DNA of 64,000 bases from the human T2T-CHM13v2.0 reference genome, Homo sapiens (GCF_009914755.1 NC_060936.1), one strand, 5' to 3'. Positions 40,901 to 52,007 are shown, counted from the first letter of the stretch. Numbers and translations: made by a program. Notes: a model not told the origin generated them from the letters alone.

Positions 40901-43300
40901 AAGACTGAGGACCCTAAGGGATATAAAGATTTCACTGAATACCAAGAGCCTGAAAAAATGCTTGGCTGATTTGACTAATAAAGGCCGGTCTGCTATCGGA
41001 CTGTGTAGAGGTGGGAAGCCCAAACTGAGGAATTATGTCTGACAGAAGGGAAGAAATGACTGTGGTGGCCTTCTTGACCCTGTAGGAAAGGCCTCTACCC
41101 ATCCAGTGAAAGTGTCTACCCAGACTAAGAGGTATTTTAGTTTTCTGACTCAGGGCATGTGAGTAAAGTCAATTTGCCAGTCCTGGGCAGGGGCAAATCC
41201 CCTAGCTTGATGTGTAGGAAAGGGAGGAGGCTGGAACAATCCCTGAGGGGTAGTAGAATAGCAAATAGAACACTGAGAAGTGATTTCCTTGAGGATAGAT
41301 TTCCATGATGGAAAGGAAATGAGAGGTTCTAAGAGACGGGCTAGCGGCTCGTAACCTACATGGAAGAGGTTATGAAATGACGACAGAATAGAATGGGCCT
41401 GTGAGGCTGGAAGGAGATATTTTCCTTGGTCTAAGAACCATTTGCCTTGTGTGACAAGAGATTGATAGGTGGAAGTTTCAGCAGGGGAGTAGGTGGGAGT
41501 GACTGATGTGAAGGAGAAAAACTGGCCGTGAGGGACAGAAGTTGGAAAGCTAGCTGCTTGTCTAGCCACCTTATCAGCATAAGCATTGCCTAGAGCAATG
41601 GGATCTGATGCCTTTTGATGGCCTTTGCAGTGAATGAGTCCAGCTTCCTTTGGAAGTAAAGAGGCCTTGAGCAGAGTTTTTATTAAAGAGGCATTAATGA
41701 TGGAGTACCCTTGTGTAGTGAGGAAACTTCTTTCAGCCTATGTAACAGCATGGTGGTGCAGAATATGAAAGGCATATTTAGAGTCAGTATAAATATTGAC
41801 GCACAGTCCTTTTGCAAGAGTGAGGGCTTGAGTTAAGGCAACTAATTCGGCTTGCTGAGAGATAGTGGAGGGGGGCAGAGCAGTGGTAGCCTCAATGATA
41901 GATGTGGAAGATACTATAGCATAGCCTGCCTTTGCTGGTGAGTGGCGATTAGGCCTGGTGGAACTGCGATCAATAAACTAAATGTGATCAGGGTGAGGAA
42001 CAGGAAAGAAGGAAATATGGGGAAATGGGGTGAATGTCAGGTGGATCAGAGAGATACAGTCATAAGGGTCAGGTGTGTTATCCAGAATAATGTGGGAGGC
42101 CAGACTGAAGTCCGTGCCAGAAACAATGGTAATTATGGGAGACTTAACGAAGAGTGAGTACAGCTGAAGGAGCCAGGGAGCAGAAAGTTTGTGTGTCAGG
42201 TGTGAGGAAGAAAATAGATTTTGGAAGTTATGAGAACTGTAGAGAGTGAGTTGAGTATAGTTTGTGACTTTAAGGGCCTCTAAAGTATTAGGGCGGCAGC
42301 AGCCGCTGCACGGAGACATGATGGCCAGCCTAAAACAGTAGGGTCAAGTTGTTTGGACAAAAGGGCTACAGGACGTGATCCCGGTCCTTGTGTAAGAATT
42401 CCGACTGCACAGCCCTGCACTTCGGCTGTGGGTAATGAAAGGGGTTGGGATGAGTCAGGGAGAGCTAGATTGGGGGCAGTCTCTAAAGCTGTCTTCAAGG
42501 AACAGAAAGAGGAGTGGGGAAAGGATTTAGGATCTATGGGGTCAGCTAGGTTTCTTTTTGTGAGTTTATATAATGGTTTTGTTAAGATGGCAAAACCAGG
42601 TATCTAAAGTTGAAAGTATCTAACCATGCCTAGGAAGGAAAGGAGTTGTTGTTTTGTAGGAGGTGTTGGGGTTTGAGAGATCAGCTGAACATGATCAGCA
42701 GGGAGAGCACGTGTGTTTTTATGAGAATTATGCCAAGATAGGTAACAGATGAGGAAGAAATTTGGGCTTGACTGAAGTAATGGGGGCTGTCTGTGAAGCT
42801 TTGTGGTAGTACAGCCCAGGTAATTTGCTGAACCTGATGGGTGTCAGGGTCAGTCCAAGTGAAAGCGAAGAGAGGCTGGGATGAAGGGTGCAAAGAAATA
42901 GTAAAGAAAGCATGTTTGAGATCTAGAACAGAATAATGGGTTGTAGAGGCAGGTATTGAGGATAGGAGAGTATATGGGTTTGGCACCATGGGGTGGGTAG
43001 GCAAAACAATTTGGTTGATAAGGCCCAGAACCTGAACTAACCTGTAAGGCTTGTCTGGTTCTAGGCCAGGTAAAATGGGGGAATTGTAAGGAGAGTTTAT
43101 AGGCTTTAAAAGGCCATGCTGTAGCAGGCGAGTGATAACAGGCTTTAATCCTTTTAAAGCGTGCTGTGGGATGGGATATTGGCATTAAGCGGGGTAAGGG
43201 TGATTAGGTTTTAATGGGTTGGTAAGGGATGCATGATTGGTCACTAAGGAGGGAGTAGAGGTGTCTTATACTTGTGGGTTAAGATGGGGAGACAAAGGGG
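40900..43300 (-). pseudogene. pol: HERV-H pol remnant (RT, RNaseH, integrase), frameshifted and deleted
   Basis: VLDLKHAFFTI and WAVLPQSFTDSP (RT, 42681-43004); HNLFHVG...CSIC and WQIDFTHMP (integrase, 41150-41569). Confidence 0.9.
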
Positions 43301-43434
43301 AGGATGTGAAGGAGGCTTTGAACTGGGGGAAAAGGCAGCAATCAGGTGTGGCTGTAGCCCAGGAATAGTCAGGGAAGCAGATAATTTAGTGAAAATATCT
43401 CGGCCTAATAAGGGAACTGGGCAGGTGGGGATAA

Positions 43435-43640
43435 TTAAAAAACAGTGCTTAAAAGACTATTAAGTTGGCACCAGAGTTGGGGAGTTTTAAGAGGTTTAGA
43501 AGCCTGGCCATCAATTCCCACAACAGTTATGGAGGCAAGGGAAACAGGCCCTTGAAAAGAAGGTAATGTGGAGTGGGTAGCCTCCGTATTGATTAAGAAG
43601 GGGATGGACTTACCTTCCACTGTGAGAGTTACCCAAAGCT
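43435..43640 (-). pseudogene. pro: HERV-H protease remnant
   Basis: EGKSIPFLINTEATHSTL...VVGIDG; the DTGA catalytic motif has decayed to NTEA. Confidence 0.85.
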
Positions 43641-43685
43641 CGGCATCCGTGATGGTCTAGGGGTTTCTGAGGCAATCGGGCAGCG

Positions 43686-44923
43686 TCAGTCTTCAGCCGC
43701 TAAGCCGAGAAGATCTTGGAGGGAGTCAGTCAGAGAGCCTTGGGCCAGAGTTCCAGGGGCTCTGGGAGTGGCTGCCAGGTGAGTTGAACAGTCCGATTTT
43801 CAGTGGGGTCCCACACAGATGGGACGTGGCTTAGGAGGAATCCTGGGCTGTGGGCATTCCTTGGCCTGGTGGCCAGATTTCTGGTGCTTGTAGCAAGCTC
43901 CTAGCGGGAGGAGGTTCTGGAGGAATGCCTGGCTGCTGCAGTTCAGGCGTTTGGAAGTTCTTGTGTGCTGGAGATATGGCTGGGGTTTGTCTCACAGTGG
44001 AGGCAAGGAATTGCAACTCAGAAATATGTTGCTACTTGGCTGCCTCTACTCTATTATTGTACACCTTGAAGATGAGGTTAATTAAGTCCTGTTGTGGGGT
44101 TTGAGGGCCGGAATTTAATTTTTGGAGTTTTATTTAATGTCGGGAGCAGATTGGGTAATAAAATATATATTGAGAATAAGACGGCCTTTTGACCTTTTAG
44201 GGTCTAGGGCTGTAAAGCATCTCAGGGTTGCTGCCAAACGAGCCATGAACTGGGCTGGGTTTTTATATTTGATGAAAAAGAGCCTAAACACTCTCTGATT
44301 TGGGATAAAGAAAAAGGAGCATTAACTTTGACTATGCCTTTAGCTCTAGCCAACTTTTTAAGAGGAAATTTCTGGGCAGGTGGGGGAAGGCTACTTATGG
44401 AACGAAACTGTAAGCCGACCCAGTGTGAGGAGGGGAGGTGATAAAAGGATTACAGGGTGGAGGAGCAGAGGCTGAGGAAGAATTGGGACCTAGCTCAGCC
44501 TGGCGAGGAGGGGAGAGGTCAGATGGGTCTGTAGAAAAGGAAGATTAGAAAGACTCAGTGATGCTTGGGGTTGGGACTGAGGGGACAGGTGGGAGGGAAA
44601 GAAGGAAGATTTGGGACAAGTTGCATTGGGAACAGAGACTAGGGAGGGACTGATGTGTAAAAGAATGCCTGGAGATCAGGCACCTCAGACCATTTGCCCA
44701 TTTTACGACAAGAATTATTTAGATCTTGTAGGATGGAAAAAATGACAGTGCCGTTTTCTGGCTATTTGGAACCGCTGTCGAGTTTGTATTGGGGTCAAGC
44801 GGCATTGTAGAAGAAAATAAGGCATTTAGGTTTTAGGTCAGGTGTGAGTTGAAGAGGTTTTAGGTTTTTAAGAACATAGGCTAAGGGAGAAGAAGGGGGA
44901 ATGGAGGGTGGAAGGTTGCCCAT
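43686..44923 (-). pseudogene. gag: HERV-H gag remnant
   Basis: ATG at 44923 reads MGNLPPSIPPSSPLAYVLKNLKPL...NAA*PQYKLDSGSK*PENGT with in-frame stops; the gag stop follows GCTGAAGAC at 43686-43688. Confidence 0.85.
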
Positions 44924-45508
44924 AGTGAAGGAGGCAAGCCCAGAGAAAAGAGAGAGTAGAGACATGGAGGGAAGGGATTTGGGGGTTCTTACCCTCCAGA
45001 AAAGCAGGAAAGTGGTCGGGGCACGGAAATGGGTTGGGGTGCAGAGATAAGAGGTCAGGGCATGGAAATAAGGGATCGGGGTGCAGAGATAAGGGGTAGG
45101 GGCACAGAAAGGATCGGGGAGTTCTTGCCCCCCGGAAAAGCAGCGAAGGGGTAGAGACAGGGAGAGAAGGGGTCAGGGTTCTTGCCCCTTCCCCAGAAAA
45201 GTGGGACTTGCCTCTAAGGGTGAAGGACCAAGGCAGGTGTCCCTGTGTGGTCAGACACCTCTGAAACGTGGGTGAATAATCAGAGGTGTCCCTGCAATGA
45301 TTAAACACCAAGGGAAGGCTGCCTTCCCGAGTCCGTGACCAGTGCCGGAGTTTTGGGTCCACGGATAAAACATGTCTTCTTTGTCTCTACCAGAAAATGA
45401 AAGGAATTGAAATTAAGAGAAGGGAGAGATTGAAGGGTGGCACCAAGATTGAAAGGAGAAAGTGGTTGAGGGATAGTGAGAGGTTGGAGAAGAGAGTAAG
45501 AAGAGGCT

Positions 45509-45517
45509 GCTTACCCG
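45509..45517 (-). promoter_or_regulatory. HERV-H major splice donor
   Basis: Minus strand ATCGG|GTAAGC, ~150 nt downstream of the 5' LTR. Confidence 0.7.
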
Positions 45518-45640
45518 ATTTAAAATTGGTGAGATGTTCCTTGGGCTGGTGGGTCTGAGGACCCACGGTCGTAGGTGGATCTTTTTCGTGAAGCAAAGAG
45601 CAGGAGGACAGGGGATTGATCTCCCAAGGGAGGTCCCCCA

Positions 45641-45658
45641 ATCCAAGTCACGGCACCA
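45641..45658 (-). other. Primer-binding site, tRNA-His
   Basis: TGGTGCCGTGACTTGGAT, one C>T away from the complement of the tRNA-His 3' end, 2 nt after the 5' LTR. Confidence 0.95.
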
Positions 45659-45660
45659 AA

Positions 45661-46067
45661 TTTCATGCACATCCATGTGAAGAGACCACCAAACAGACTT
45701 GTGTGAGCAATAAAGCTTTTAATCACCTGGGTGCAGGCAGGCTGAGTCCGAAAAGAGAGTCAGTGGAGGGAGATAGGGGTGGGGCTGTTTTATAGGATTT
45801 GGGTAGGTAAAGGAAAATTAGTCAAAGGGGTTGTTCTCTGGTGGGCAGGAGTGGGGGTCACATGGTGCTCAGTAGGGGAGCTTTTGAGCCAGGATGAGCC
45901 AGGAGAGGGAATTTCACAAGATAATGTCATCAGTTAAGGCAGGAACAGGCCATTTTCATTTCTTTTGTGGTGGAATGTCATCAATTAAGGCAGGCACTGG
46001 CCGTCTGGATGTGTATGTGCACGTCACAGGGGATATGATAGTTTAGCTTGGGCTCAGAGGCCTGACG
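45661..46067 (-). promoter_or_regulatory. HERV-H 5' LTR (LTR7) promoter
   Basis: LTR next to the PBS; TATAAAA (45788-45794, minus), ATTAAA poly(A) signal, ACAAAAGA SOX-type motif (45961-45968, minus); terminal TG mutated to CG. Confidence 0.95.
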
Positions 46068-46181
46068 TACGTGTTACAAGAATATTCTCTCAAGTTGGTT
46101 TGCAGTTTGTTTACATATAAAGTTAGATTACAGGCCACAACTTATAGAGGCAGCTTGAGCCAAATTTAACTTAATTTAACA
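46068..46181 (-). mobile_element. MER57 solo LTR, 5' part
   Basis: Minus strand starts TGTTAAATTAAGTTAAATTTGGCTCAAGCTGCCTC; 4-bp TSD CCTG/CCTA around the whole MER57. Confidence 0.85.
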
Positions 46182-46998
46182 CCTAGGAGCCACTGATGAT
46201 TTTCTATTGAAGAGCATGACACAGTCACCTAATACATAAGGGTAAATTGCTCTGGTCACAACAGAATGGATTGGAATAAAGAGAGAAAAAAGTTGGTGAA
46301 ACAAAAGTTCTTAGAGGTAAAGTCATGAAAAAGAAGCAATTCTGTTCAATTTGAGGAGAAAGAACTTGACATAGAACAAAAGAAGAACACGAGGTTGACA
46401 TTAATTTAGAATTGCTATCCATTATGAATTGCTCACTTACTCTGAATCAAAACAGCCACAATTTACCTATAGTATAATTTAACCCTTCACCTCTTATTTT
46501 GATAACGTGTGAACTGTTTTTGTCACTATGGATTGACTGACTACTGCTGTGTACTTAGATGTAGCATTATTTAAATTAATAATAATCAAGATATTAAACT
46601 AGAACTCTGATGGAGGCAGATACCCAAATGTAAAATGAATACAGCAGAAAAGATACCCCTTTTTGTTTAATAAATTTGAAGATGCAGAATAGTGAAATAA
46701 TAGAGAGCAGCAACTCTCTATTTGACTATGACAAGTCACGAAACATATCTAACACATATTCTAGACTCACTATTTACTAGCAATAATGAGTGACCAGTGA
46801 TTGTATAAACTATTTATTACTTTAATTTGTTCATATTTAAATGAGAGGCACATAGTATGGAAATATGTAAGTGAAATAATGCTTATTAGATATGCATTGA
46901 GAGGATTATTAAAATGTTCTATAATGTATTATATCTATTGAAGATATATTTATTTATTCTTACCTCTGGCAGTTAATATGAGGTGCAGTGCTTAATAA

Positions 46999-47394
<396 letters not shown>

Positions 47395-47434
47395 TTACAT
47401 AATAATATCAGTAGTAACATTTCTTAATTTATGA

Positions 47435-47667
47435 TAGTGGAGTTCAACTGGAGACAAATCCCCTGCCTTCTGGCCAAGGGATATTTGCAATGCCTGGGAC
47501 ATTTAGGTTGTTATAATGGTGGAATGGCCAGGAGGCTACTAGCAACTAGTATATCGAAGCTAGTGATGCTGAAAAATATCTTACCATGCAAAGGACAATG
47601 CTCCAGCTCCACAACAAAGAATTACCTTGCACAAAATATAAATAGTGCCAAGGTTGAGAAACCCTAA
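47435..47667 (+). mobile_element. MER20 hAT-Charlie element
   Basis: GGGATATTTGCAATGCCTGGGACATT...CCACAACAAAGAATTACC...AATAGTGCCAAGGTTGAGAAACCCT. Confidence 0.88.
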
Positions 47668-48509
47668 CTTATAGTAAAGGTTCAAACTTTAAGCTGTAAA
47701 AAGCAAATTTACTTAATGCACTTACACATAGTTATATCTTGATGGATAACAAATAGATTGTAAAGATTAAATAACATTCTATATGCATAAAAATTTGTCT
47801 TAATTCACTTGAAGCTCTTTTTTTATATATGCATAAGAATATGGTGACTGAAAATGTCCAGTCTCTGTTTATAGGAAAGTTAAAATGCAGTAAAACACTC
47901 TCCTACTTGTTTTCTGAGTATATTTAAATACTTAAATACTATGATTTTAAAATGAAAATTTCTCTATATTTACCAACGGAAAGAATTTTATTAACCAATC
48001 ATTAGTATAAAAATAAAATTACTATCTAAAGACAAAGAAAATACAAAACTATAATAGAAAGGGTACTGCTTTGTAAGATAGTAAGGCTCAATTTTCATCA
48101 ATTTGAAATCATGATAATGTAGAACCCAGAATTCTGAAAACTTTAGATCAGAATTTTCTTAGTGCTTATAGATCTATCCCTAATTTTCTTTTCCTTAAAG
48201 GGAATTTCAGATCTGGCATGCAGTTTCATCTCTATTCATGTAAATTTCATACTTTCCATCCACACATTTTCCATCTTTTAGAAACCAGTTATAGGAAAGT
48301 ATAGAAGAAATTTAATTTACTGTTACCAGGCCAATGATAAGCAATAATAGACAACAAAATGAGTGCAACAAGATAGATAGATCTGTAACAAACAGAGATT
48401 TGTTAGATTATTTCTGGGTTAGTGTCAATCATGCAAAACATTATAGCTTTTAGTTAGGAGTTTCAGGAAATGTTTTGAAGTATGTATCCAGCAATTTTTT
48501 GATAGTGAC

Positions 48510-48865
48510 TGCTATAGTGTGGCTCCGTGTCCCCACTGAAATCTCACCTCGAATTGTGATGATCCCCACATGTTAAGGGTGGGATCAAGGGGAGATAATG
48601 CAATCATGGGGGCAGTTTCCCTCATACTGTTCTCATGATAGTGAGTGAGTTCTCAGTAGATCTGATGGTTTTATAAAGGATTTCCCCTTTACTCTGCCCT
48701 CATTCTCTCTCCTGCCACCCTGTGAAGAAGTGTCTTCCACCATGATTGTCAATTTCCTGAGGCCTTCCCAGCCATGCAGAATTGTGAGTCAATTAACCCT
48801 CTTCTCTTTGTAAATTACCCAGTCTCGGGTACTTCTTAATAGCAGTGTGAGACTGGACTAATACA
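48510..48865 (+). mobile_element. THE1 (THE1C/D) MaLR solo LTR
   Basis: TGCTATAGTGTGGCTCCGTGTCCCCAC...CAGCCATGCAGAATTGTGAGTCAATTAA...TGGACTAATACA. Confidence 0.93.
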
Positions 48866-49433
48866 CTGATCATAAAAGATAATATCACATAATTATAGCA
48901 GATAACAGAGCCGGCAGATATTTTCAGGGCGGAATTCAATTAAAAATGAACCAGTTCTTGAAGGATTCTATAGAATAAAGTAGAATGCAAAGTAATAAAC
49001 TCTTCATTCAACGTAGTATGGAAAAACAGTTGAAGACAATAGGCAAACAATAAAAATGGAAGACTGGTAATGAAGATCTATGAGATAAGCATCCAAAATT
49101 TAGTAATACTTCAAGCTACCAGAAACATCCTTTCCATTTTGGGACACAATAATTAATGGGAAATGCTAAGAACTTAGAAAGGCTTTGAGGAACAATCACG
49201 AAGACTACAATATAAAACACCGTTCACAGATAAAAATATTAGTATGCTCCTAATTAAAGAGTGAAGAGTGCAATAAAATATAACAATAATATGGGTAAAA
49301 ACTTACTTTTACACAATTCTCATGGTAATGTGAATTGATACAGCCATCTGTGAAAATAATCTGGCAGCACCTATTAAAATTTAAAAAGTATATCTTATAA
49401 CTTGTTGACTAAGCCATAATAGTGACAGTTCCA

Positions 49434-49502
49434 TGCACATGTACCCTAAAACTTAAAGTATAATAATAATAAAAAAATTATCTAATGTTAAACATTAAAA
49501 AA
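49434..49502 (+). mobile_element. Extremely 5'-truncated young L1PA insertion with a short 3' transduction
   Basis: TGCACATGTACCCTAAAACTTAAAGTATAATAATAATAAAAAAA, then 19 nt of non-L1 sequence and an A-run, flanked by a perfect 13-bp TSD AGTGACAGTTCCA. Confidence 0.88.
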
Positions 49503-50037
49503 AGTGACAGTTCCAAAGATAAATATGTGAGTAGATGTGATATGCATATTTAATTAATTAATATCAATAAAAATTATATTACAAAGGTTGTAATTTAACC
49601 AGAATATTTGTACAAATGCATTGCCCAAGGAAGACCTCTTAGAGAAGGTAAATTTTTAATATTTCACAGTTTATAAACCTCAGAAATTTGTTTCTATCTC
49701 ACTATAATGTCAGTTGGAATAATCATGGTGAAATAATACCAATTTTTCTCAAATTTGTTAGCCATGTCTTTATAAGAAATCTAAGGTTTTACATTACTGT
49801 TAATATTTCAATATAATTCAGAAAAAAAGTCTAAAAATAGAGGTATCCCCAACTATTATTTAGATAGGCACTGAGGTGAGAATACTTCTGTTGGTATCAC
49901 AACAAAAATTTTCTAACACTACAGTAACCTACTTTTGTAGACTACTTGATCACAACAACTCATTCAACAAATTAGTTCTCTAAATATTTTTTAAGCTAGC
50001 TAAGGTGTACAAAATATTAATCTATGGGCTAAAGATC

Positions 50038-50203
50038 AGTTACGCTTTTTTTTCTTTTTCTTTTCTTTTCTTTTTTTTTTTCTTTCTGTGGAGAACAGGT
50101 TCTCACTATATTGCCCAGGCAGGTCTCAAACTCCTGGGCTGAGCTATCCTCCCGCCTCTGCCTCCCTAAGTGCTGGGATTGCAGGCACAAACCACCACAC
50201 CCC
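50038..50203 (-). pseudogene. BCYRN1: BC200 RNA (BCYRN1) retropseudogene
   Basis: Minus strand GGGAGGCAGAGGCGGGAGGATAGCT...GAGACCTGCCTGGGCAATATAGTGAGAACCTGTTCTCCA, then an A-rich region, then AGCGTAACT. These are BC200-specific features, not generic FLAM. TSD AAAGATCAGT/AAGGATCAGT. Confidence 0.9.
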
Positions 50204-50269
50204 ATGAAGGATCAGTATTAAAAATCTCTATCTCTGTGGAGTTTACAATTATAGTAAGAAAAGTACCCA

Positions 50270-51125
50270 GCCTGTCACTGATGGGCATTTCAGTTGAGGC
50301 CAATGTTTTAGCTATTGTAAATAGTGCTGCCATGAACGTTCACATGCCTGAGTCTTTATGGTAGAATGATTTATATTCCTCTGGGTATATACCAAGGAAT
50401 GGGATTGCTGCATCAAATGATAGTTCTGCTTTTAGCTCCTTGAGGAATTGCCATACTGTTTTCCACAACAGTTGAACTAATTTACACTCACACAAATAGT
50501 CTATAACTGTTTCCTTTTCTCCACAACCTTGACAGCATCTGTGATTTTTTGACTTTTTAATAGTAGCTATCCCAACTGGTGTGAGATGGTATTTCATTGT
50601 GGCTTTGATTTGCCTTTCTCTAATGTTAGTGATATTGAGCTTTTATTCATGTTCTTGTTGGCTAGATGTATGTCTTTTTTTTTTAAGTGACCAGGTTAAT
50701 ATGAGACCTTTGTCAGATGCATAGTTTGAAAATATTTTCTCCTATCCTGTAGGTTGTCTGTTCACTCTGTTGATAGTGTCTTTTGCTGTGCAGAAGCTTT
50801 TTAGTTTAATTAGATCCCATCAATGGTATATGGGATAAAGAAAGTGTGATACATATATGATATGGAATACTACACAGCCATAAAAAGAATGAGATCATAT
50901 CTTTTGCAGGAACGTAGATGGAGCTGGAGGCCATTATCCTTAGCAAACTAACCCAGGAACAGAAAACCAAATACCGCATGATCTCACTTATAGTTGGGTA
51001 CTGGATACTGAGCTTAATTCCTGGGTGATGAAATAATCTGTATATCAAATCCCCATGACATAAGTATACCTATGTAACAAACCTTAACATGTACAACCAA
51101 ACCTAAAATAAAAGTTAAAAATAAA
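50270..51125 (+). mobile_element. 5'-inverted (twin-primed) L1PA13-like insertion
   Basis: 50270-50820 is antisense ORF2 C-terminal sequence (YHLTPVGIATIKKSK...); 50816-51125 is the sense 3' end with AATAAA and an A-tail; the junction shares CCCAT. Confidence 0.9.
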
Positions 51126-51342
51126 TAAAGAAATTCAAGACCCTGAAAAATTAGTACAAATTTAAACATATATATATATAATTATCTTAAATTATGATAA
51201 GGGGTATGGTGATAAAAAAAATAAAGGAAACAGCAACAGTGAGTTCAGGGGCATTGGTAGTAGTGGGTGGGAAATTTCAAATAATATGTTTAAAGAAGGA
51301 TTTGCAGAAACATTGACATTTTAGCAGATACCTGAAAAAGGT

Positions 51343-52007
51343 TGTGATAGTGTAAAAAAAAAATACCACCCAACCCCAACCCCCCACCCCCAAAGATACC
51401 CATGTCCTGATCCCTAAAAACTATTAATATTACCTTTTATGGAAGAAAGAAAAAAGGAAAAAAAGAAAGAAGGAAGGAGGGAAGGAAGGAAAGAAGGAAG
51501 GAAGGGAGGGAGGGAAAGAGAGAGAGAGAGAAAGCAAGAAAGCAAGCAAGAAAGAAAGAAAGGAAGAAGAAAGAAAGGGAAGGTGGGAAAGAGAGTGATC
51601 ACACATATAGATGTGATTAAATGAAGGATCTTGAGATGGAGAGATTATCCTGGACTAGCCAATTGGGCCCTAAATGTTAAATGCAATTGTGGATGTTTTT
51701 TAGAAAGGAAACAAAAGTGATTGTATTCATAAACAAAAGAGGGGAAAGTAATATAACCGCAGATGCAGAGGCTGGATAATGCAACTACAAGCCAAAGAAT
51801 GCCAGTAGCCACCAGTAGCTGGAAGAAGCCAAGAATGAATTCTCCCCTCGAAACTCCAGAGGGAGTGCAATCTTGTTGACACTTTGATTTTGGCTTGATA
51901 TTACTGGTTTGAGACTTCTGGCCTCCAGAACTGTGAGAAAATAAATTTGTATTTTCAATCCACTAAGTTTGTTGTAATTTGTTGGAGCAGCCATTGGAAC
52001 TAGTACA
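51343..52007 (+). mobile_element. MLT1C/D MaLR solo LTR containing a GA-rich expansion
   Basis: CCAAAGATACCCATGTCCTGATCCC; GGATCTTGAGATGGAGAGATTATCCTGG; GACTTCTGGCCTCCAGAACTGTGAGAAAATAAATTT; ends TAGTACA. Confidence 0.88.
51441..51595. repeat. (GAAA/GGAA/GA)n polypurine tract
   Basis: Direct reading. Confidence 0.92.

Larger units (their letters stand above)
39713..46067 (-). mobile_element. HERV-H provirus (LTR7 / HERVH-int / LTR7), internally deleted form
   Basis: Two ~406-bp LTRs; PBS complementary to tRNA-His; PPT; gag, pro, RT, RNaseH and IN remnants; 5-bp TSD TACCT (39708-39712) / TACGT (46068-46072). Confidence 0.98.

Noticed and set aside
51414-51624. Charged or hydrophobic ORFs
   Set aside because: They are translations of a GA-rich simple repeat inside MLT1C
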